Source: an uncultured Gemmatimonadales bacterium (lineage in GTDB: Bacteria > Gemmatimonadota > Gemmatimonadetes > Gemmatimonadales > Gemmatimonadaceae). From it: a DNA stretch of 64,000 nt. This document shows, in pieces, positions 59,041-64,000 of this stretch. Within the stretch, counting starts at the first letter, position 1; the number at the start of each line of letters is the position of its first letter. A program made the position numbers and the translations under genes. The stretch spans positions 640,001-704,000 of the forward strand of contig CAWKMU010000003.1 in the NCBI GenBank assembly GCA_963850905.1. The letters run 5' to 3'. The notes under the pieces are model-generated. The model was not told where the DNA came from and did not search any database. It saw only the letters and a program-made list of their open reading frames with translations.

Positions 59041-59778
59041 GTGACGGTTAGCCAGATGCGAACGTACGAGCTGCAGGTGTCTCGCTCGGCCGTTGATGAC
59101 GTCCCCGCACGAGTCGCCACGTTCGCGGTGGCCTTGGAAGAGCGCATGACCGTCCTGGATGCACTCTTTCGCATCCAGTGGAGTCAGGATCCGTCGCTGT
59201 CATTTCGATGCGCCTGCCGAGTCGGCATGTGCGGTACGTGCGCCATGACGATCAACTCGGTGCCGAGGCTGGCCTGCAAGACCCGGGTCGCAAGGCTGCA
59301 GTCCTCGACCGTCACGGTCGCTCCGCTCCCCCACTTGCCGGTGATCAAGGACCTCGTGGTGTCGCTCGAGCCCTTTTTCGAGCACTGGAAAAGGATCAAA
59401 CCGGCACTGCATTCGTCGAACAGAGACTCTCCGGAGCTCGCGCGCATCCCGGCCGCATCGGCACACGCCCGTGAGACAGCGGGGAAGCGCGACTGTATTA
59501 CGTGCGGTGTCTGTTACGGCGCGTGCGGTATCGCGAGCACCAACGCCGACTACCTTGGGCCCGCGGCGATCAACAAGGCTTTTCTTCGCATCATGGATCC
59601 GCGCGATGATGCGGCCGACGAACGGCTCGAGGTCCTCGATCGCGAGCGAGCGGGCATTTGGCGATGCCATACGCAATTCAACTGCACCGCGGCGTGCCCG
59701 AAGAACATCGACTTGACCGACACGATCGTTCGCCTCAAACGAGCCATGCTGTTTCCGGCCGCACTCAAGAAGCCATGA
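59041..59778 (+). CDS. sdhB: Succinate dehydrogenase/fumarate reductase-type iron-sulfur subunit
   Basis: CRVGMCGTC...LAC (2Fe-2S), CITCGVCYGAC, CHTQFNCTAACP. Confidence 0.9.
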   Translation: MTVSQMRTYELQVSRSAVDDVPARVATFAVALEERMTVLDALFRIQWSQDPSLSFRCACRVGMCGTCAMTINSVPRLACKTRVARLQSSTVTVAPLPHLPVIKDLVVSLEPFFEHWKRIKPALHSSNRDSPELARIPAASAHARETAGKRDCITCGVCYGACGIASTNADYLGPAAINKAFLRIMDPRDDAADERLEVLDRERAGIWRCHTQFNCTAACPKNIDLTDTIVRLKRAMLFPAALKKP

Positions 59779-60176
59779 CGTTCGCAACTCAGGCCACGGC
59801 CGTCAGCGTCGTGCGCAAATACCGCTGGCAGTTCAGCGGCATGGTGGCCCAGGTGATCCAGCGAGTCAGCGGCCTGCTCCTGCTGTTCTACCTGTTCGTG
59901 CACGTCCGCACCGTGCACGAGCTCAGCGGCGGCCCAGTCGCGTTCAACCGCGCACTCGGCCAGTTCAGGAGCCCGTTCTTCAAGCTCCTCGAGATCGCGC
60001 TCCTCGGCACGGTGATTCTCCACGCCCTCAACGGCGTCCGCATCACACTGCTCGACGTGGGCGTCGGACTCAAACGCCAACGGCAGCTCTTCTGGATCTG
60101 GACGGTCGGCATCGGGACACTGGTTTTCCTGGCGGGCGCGATTCCGCTGTTCTTGTTTTCCGTGCTGAAGGACTGA
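59775..60176 (+). CDS. sdhC: Cytochrome b556-type membrane anchor
   Basis: ATGA overlap; IQRVSG, HALNGVRITLLD, 3 TM. Confidence 0.85.
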   Translation: MTFATQATAVSVVRKYRWQFSGMVAQVIQRVSGLLLLFYLFVHVRTVHELSGGPVAFNRALGQFRSPFFKLLEIALLGTVILHALNGVRITLLDVGVGLKRQRQLFWIWTVGIGTLVFLAGAIPLFLFSVLKD

Positions 60177-60180
60177 CGCG

Positions 60181-60531
60181 GTGCCATCATCTCGGAACGC
60201 GGTCTGGTGGTACACACAGCGGGTCACCGGCGCGCTGCTCGTGCCGCTGCTGATCGCGCATTTCTGGGTGGAGCACTTCCGGTCGGCCACGCTCTTGCGC
60301 GGCGACCTGAGCTACGAGGCCATCATTGGACGCATCGCCAATCCGATGTGGCAGGCCATCGACATCGCCTTCCTGGCGATCGCACTCGTTCACGGCTTGC
60401 ATGGTCTGCGCACGATCGTGCTCGATTACGGCCGGGTCGGGCCACGTGCCGTCCGCGTCGTCACCGTCACGCTCGTGGCGGTCGGTGCGCTGTGGCTGTG
60501 GTGGGGCGTCCAGGCGTTCAGCAGGCTCTGA
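60181..60531 (+). CDS. sdhD: Hydrophobic membrane anchor
   Basis: QRVTG, HGLHGLRTIVLDY, 3 TM. Confidence 0.85.
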   Translation: MPSSRNAVWWYTQRVTGALLVPLLIAHFWVEHFRSATLLRGDLSYEAIIGRIANPMWQAIDIAFLAIALVHGLHGLRTIVLDYGRVGPRAVRVVTVTLVAVGALWLWWGVQAFSRL

Positions 60532-62228
60532 TGGCCACCCTGCCTATCGACACGTTGGACGCCGACATCCTCATCATCGGAGCGGGTGGCGCTGGCCTCC
60601 TTGCGGCGCTCCACGCACACGAACGCGCGCCGTCGCTCAGCATCGTGATCGCTGTCAAGGGACTGCTCGGGCAGAGCGGATGCACCCGGATGGTACAGGG
60701 CGGCTACAACGCGGTGCTCGATCCGCGTGACTCCCTCGAACGCCATTTCCGCGACACGATCCAGGGTGGGGCGTACCTCAATGATCAGGAACTGGCCTGG
60801 CGCCTGGTGCAGGAGGCGCCGCGGCGGATCGTGGAGCTGGAAAACAAGGTCGGGTGCATCTTCGATCGCAACGCCGATGGCACGATTCATCAGAAGCCGT
60901 TTGCGGGTCAATCATTTGACCGCACGGTGCACAAGGGCGATCTCACGGGCATCGAGATCATGTCCAACCTGCGAGACTACATCCTGGAGAGCGGTATCCA
61001 GATCCTCCAGGAGTGCAGAGGACTGGACTTGCTCACGCATGAAGGAAGAGTCGGCGGCGCGCTGCTCCTCGATATCCGCGGCGGTCGGCTCATCGCCGCT
61101 CGGGCAAGCGCCACGCTCGTGGCCACCGGCGGAGGCGCGACGATGTACCGGATCGCATCGCCATCGTTGGAGAAGTCGGGCGACGGCATGGCGATGGCTC
61201 GGCGGGCCGGCGCGACGTTCGTGGATATGGAGATGATGCAGTTCCACCCGACCGGGCTGCTGGTGGGCACGTCCATCGCGACCGGCGGTCTGCTCGAGGA
61301 GGGGCTGCGCGGCGCCGGTGCACACCTGTACAACGGACAGGGTGAGCGGTTCATGCAACGCTACGATCCGCAGCGTCTGGAACGGGCGACGCGCGACGTC
61401 GTCTCGCGCTCCAGCTACCTCGAGATCGCTGCGGGCCGTGGGACGCCGAGCGGCGGTGTCTACATCGATGCGCGCCACTTGGGCGAGGAATTTCTCTTGG
61501 CGAGCTTCCCCGGTATGGTCGAGCGCTGTGCCGACTACGGGTTCGACCTGCTGCACGATCGCGTCGAGGTCTCTCCAAGCGCACATTTCCAGATGGGCGG
61601 CATCACGATCGACGTTGACTGCCGCACGCGTCTCGAGGGGCTGTTCGCGGCTGGCGAGGACGCGGGTGGCGTGCACGGCGCGAACAGACTGGGTGGCAAC
61701 GGCGTGGCGGATTCTGTGGTGTTCGGCGGATGTGCCGGTGACAGCATGGTCGACTACATCGGTCGCCACGCGGTGCCGGCCGTCTCGAGCACACAGCTCA
61801 GTGCGCTGAGCAAGCGATGGACGCGGCCCCTGGCGTCGGCAGCAACGGAGCGCCCATTCGAGCTGCGGAAGCACTTGGAAGAGGTGATGTGGGAACGGGT
61901 CGGCCTCGTGCGGGACGCCTCCGGCCTCAGGTTGGCGCTCGCTGAGCTGGTCGAGCTGCGGTCGCGCGCTGCTCGAATCACAGTGGCTGGCGCGGCTGCA
62001 TCCAATCCGGCGTGGAATGCGCTCATGGATGCGACCAACCTGGTCGAAGTTGGCCAGATGGTGACCGCAGGCGCGCTCGCGCGCACCGAGAGTCGCGGGG
62101 CACATTATAGACTGGATTATCCATCACCCGATGCGGCCTGGCTCAAGAACGTGGTGCTGACGCCCACGGGCGATGAACTGACGGTCCACTGCGAACCAGT
62201 CCGGTTCACGCGCCTGGCACCGGTCTGA
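60531..62228 (+). CDS. SdhA/FrdA/NadB superfamily flavoprotein, divergent
   Basis: IIGAGGAG, QFHPTG, ATRDVVSR, AHFQMGG, HGANRLGGN, RTESRGAHYR; SGCTRMVQGG in place of SHTxxAQGG. Confidence 0.9.
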   Translation: MATLPIDTLDADILIIGAGGAGLLAALHAHERAPSLSIVIAVKGLLGQSGCTRMVQGGYNAVLDPRDSLERHFRDTIQGGAYLNDQELAWRLVQEAPRRIVELENKVGCIFDRNADGTIHQKPFAGQSFDRTVHKGDLTGIEIMSNLRDYILESGIQILQECRGLDLLTHEGRVGGALLLDIRGGRLIAARASATLVATGGGATMYRIASPSLEKSGDGMAMARRAGATFVDMEMMQFHPTGLLVGTSIATGGLLEEGLRGAGAHLYNGQGERFMQRYDPQRLERATRDVVSRSSYLEIAAGRGTPSGGVYIDARHLGEEFLLASFPGMVERCADYGFDLLHDRVEVSPSAHFQMGGITIDVDCRTRLEGLFAAGEDAGGVHGANRLGGNGVADSVVFGGCAGDSMVDYIGRHAVPAVSSTQLSALSKRWTRPLASAATERPFELRKHLEEVMWERVGLVRDASGLRLALAELVELRSRAARITVAGAAASNPAWNALMDATNLVEVGQMVTAGALARTESRGAHYRLDYPSPDAAWLKNVVLTPTGDELTVHCEPVRFTRLAPV

Positions 62229-62247
62229 GACCCTGGGGCGATGACTC

Positions 62248-63147
62248 ATGGACACGATTTACGATTGCATTGAGACGACCGCCCGCGACCTCTACATCCG
62301 TGCGCTCAAGCACATCCCACCGGATGTGCGCCGCGCGCTGGCCAGCTCGCTGCGCGCCGAGCGGACGGAGGGGAATCGGACCGCCGAACGGGTGATGCTG
62401 ACGATTCTCGAGAACATTCAGACGGCCGACGATCATGACACCATTGTGTGTCAGGACACCGGGCTCCCGATGTTCAAAGTCCGCCTCGGCAGCGGCGTGA
62501 CGATCGATGTCGCGCGCCTGAAGGAGCATCTGCGCAAAGGATGCGAGCGGGCGACTGCGGAGTACCCGCTCCGGTCCAACACGGTGCATCCCCTGACGCG
62601 CAAGCACACCGGGACCAACTCCGGCGAAGGGATTCCCGTCGTGACGCTGGATTTCGTTCCGGGGTCGAATCGTATCGAGATCTGCATGGCGCCCAAAGGC
62701 TCCGGCTCGGAAAACACGAGCTTTCTGCGGATGCTGAACCCGGCGGAGGGGCGACGCGGCGTGAAGCAGTTCGTGCTGCAGTGCATCTTCGAATCCGGCG
62801 CGCGGCCGTGTCCGCCCATGATCGTTGGCGTCGGACTCGGTGGCACTTCGGACGTCGCGATGCATCTCGCCAAGGACGCCAGCACCTTCCGGCTGGTCGG
62901 GTCTGTCAATCCCGATCCCGATGTCGCGCAGCTGGAGCGCGAGCTCCTCTCCGAGATCAACCAGACCGGCATTGGTCCGCAAGGTCTGGGCGGGGCAACG
63001 ACCGCCATGGCGGTGCACATCGAGTGGGCGCACACGCACATCAGCCAGAACCCCGTTGCCGTCAACATTCAATGCTGGCGCGGCGAGCGCTCGGCCGCGA
63101 TCATCGCGCCGGACGGCACCGTGACATTCTCCGATGACGCACACTAA
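62248..63147 (+). CDS. Class I fumarate hydratase/tartrate dehydratase family, alpha subunit
   Basis: CQDTG, KGSGSEN, CPP, GIGPQGLGG, QCW. Confidence 0.92.
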   Translation: MDTIYDCIETTARDLYIRALKHIPPDVRRALASSLRAERTEGNRTAERVMLTILENIQTADDHDTIVCQDTGLPMFKVRLGSGVTIDVARLKEHLRKGCERATAEYPLRSNTVHPLTRKHTGTNSGEGIPVVTLDFVPGSNRIEICMAPKGSGSENTSFLRMLNPAEGRRGVKQFVLQCIFESGARPCPPMIVGVGLGGTSDVAMHLAKDASTFRLVGSVNPDPDVAQLERELLSEINQTGIGPQGLGGATTAMAVHIEWAHTHISQNPVAVNIQCWRGERSAAIIAPDGTVTFSDDAH

Positions 63148-63745
63148 TCTCCGCACCCCGCTCAACGAGGCGGACGTCCGGCAGTTGCAGCTCGAGGACA
63201 CGGTGTCCATCGACGGCATCATCTATGGGCTGCGAGACGCGACGCAGATTCGGATCTTCGACGAAGGCGTCGACCCGCCGACCGATCTGACCGGCGCGGT
63301 CTGCCTCCACACCGCGCCCGGCGTTCGCAAGTTGGCTGACGGGACCTACGAGAAGATCTCGATCGGCACGACGACCAGCGCGCGCATGGATCGCTTCGTT
63401 CCAGGCTTGCTCGAGCGATACGGCGTCCGCGCGATCGTCGGGAAGGGCGGACTGCTGCAGGGCAGCGTCGATGCGATGGCCCGGGCCGGAGCCGTCTATC
63501 TCGCGATCGTCGGTGGCGCCGCCGCGCTCGAGACGTTGCAGATCGAAGCGATCGAGCAGGTCTGGTGGGAAGATCTGATGCCCGAATGCCTGTGGCGATT
63601 TCGGGTCAAGGCCTTTGGCCCCCTCATCGTCGCGATCGACGCACACGGCAACAGCCTCTATCGCCGCGTCCAGGACCGCGCCGCCGAGCGTATCAAGGCG
63701 TTGCAAGACGCTCCTCATCGCGACGGGCAGGCCCTGGACCGGTAG
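63134..63745 (+). CDS. Class I fumarate hydratase/tartrate dehydratase family, beta subunit
   Basis: LRDAT, GTTTSARMD, VGKGG, FGPLIVAIDAHGNSL; the stop codon is the TAG of the REP GTAG. Confidence 0.92.
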   Translation: MTHTNLRTPLNEADVRQLQLEDTVSIDGIIYGLRDATQIRIFDEGVDPPTDLTGAVCLHTAPGVRKLADGTYEKISIGTTTSARMDRFVPGLLERYGVRAIVGKGGLLQGSVDAMARAGAVYLAIVGGAAALETLQIEAIEQVWWEDLMPECLWRFRVKAFGPLIVAIDAHGNSLYRRVQDRAAERIKALQDAPHRDGQALDR

Positions 63746-64000
63746 GGGCGACGCATGGTGTCGGCCGCCCACCCGCACGCACGGGGTCCGTCGCCACCTA
63801 CCCGTCTGGCCCTGGACCGGTAGGGGCGACGCATTGCGTCGCCCTGCATCACCGTCCGCACACCCCCGTGATCGTCAACGTCGTCGCGCCGGCAGCGGAC
63901 GACGCATGGTGTCGGCCGCCCACCCGCACGCACAGGGCTGCTGCACCACACCACGCACCTGGCCTCGGACCGGTAGGGGCGACGCATTGCGTCGCCCTGC
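63730..64000 (+). repeat. Second REP-based array, mosaic variants of the 114-bp unit, running off the window
   Basis: GTAG at 63742, 63820, 63973; shares GGCCCTGGACCGGTAGGGGCGACGCATTGCGTCGCCCTGCATCACCGTCCGCAC and CCGCACGCAC.GGG with 6879-7391. Confidence 0.9.

Overview
High-GC (roughly 65-70% by eye) bacterial window. The gene repertoire points to Gemmatimonadota (inference): three membrane Ser/Thr kinases with TolB-like/TPR ectodomains, duplicated-permease (ADOP-type) ABC proteins, tricorn and S9 peptidases, and a plug-like exported protein. The window reads as an accessory, decaying region. It contains: (1) tRNA-Cys(GCA) at 15386-15457 (-), an exact 37-bp copy of its 5' half at 20812-20848, paired 12-bp-period arm-like repeats, and stray 3'-end fragments near 46 kb, suggesting an integrase-less integration hotspot that carries an RND pump; (2) a split arsenic regulon (arsR-aquaporin-arsC and a distant arsM) sharing ATCAA-N6-TTGAT boxes; (3) an Ada-AlkA gene and a HAF-repeat lipoprotein gene preceded by the same ~23-bp motif; (4) a divergent sdhB-C-D-A plus class I fumarase-like alpha/beta operon whose flavoprotein lacks the covalent-FAD His and has an altered substrate-binding motif; (5) a 114-bp tandem array built on a GTAG-type REP palindrome, and a family of inverted heptamer-repeat hairpin elements; (6) many genes with internal deletions that keep both ends, and several apparent 1-nt frameshifts that may be sequencing errors. 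No CRISPR array, integrase, transposase or reverse transcriptase is visible. All family calls come from motif recognition by eye; no database searches were run.
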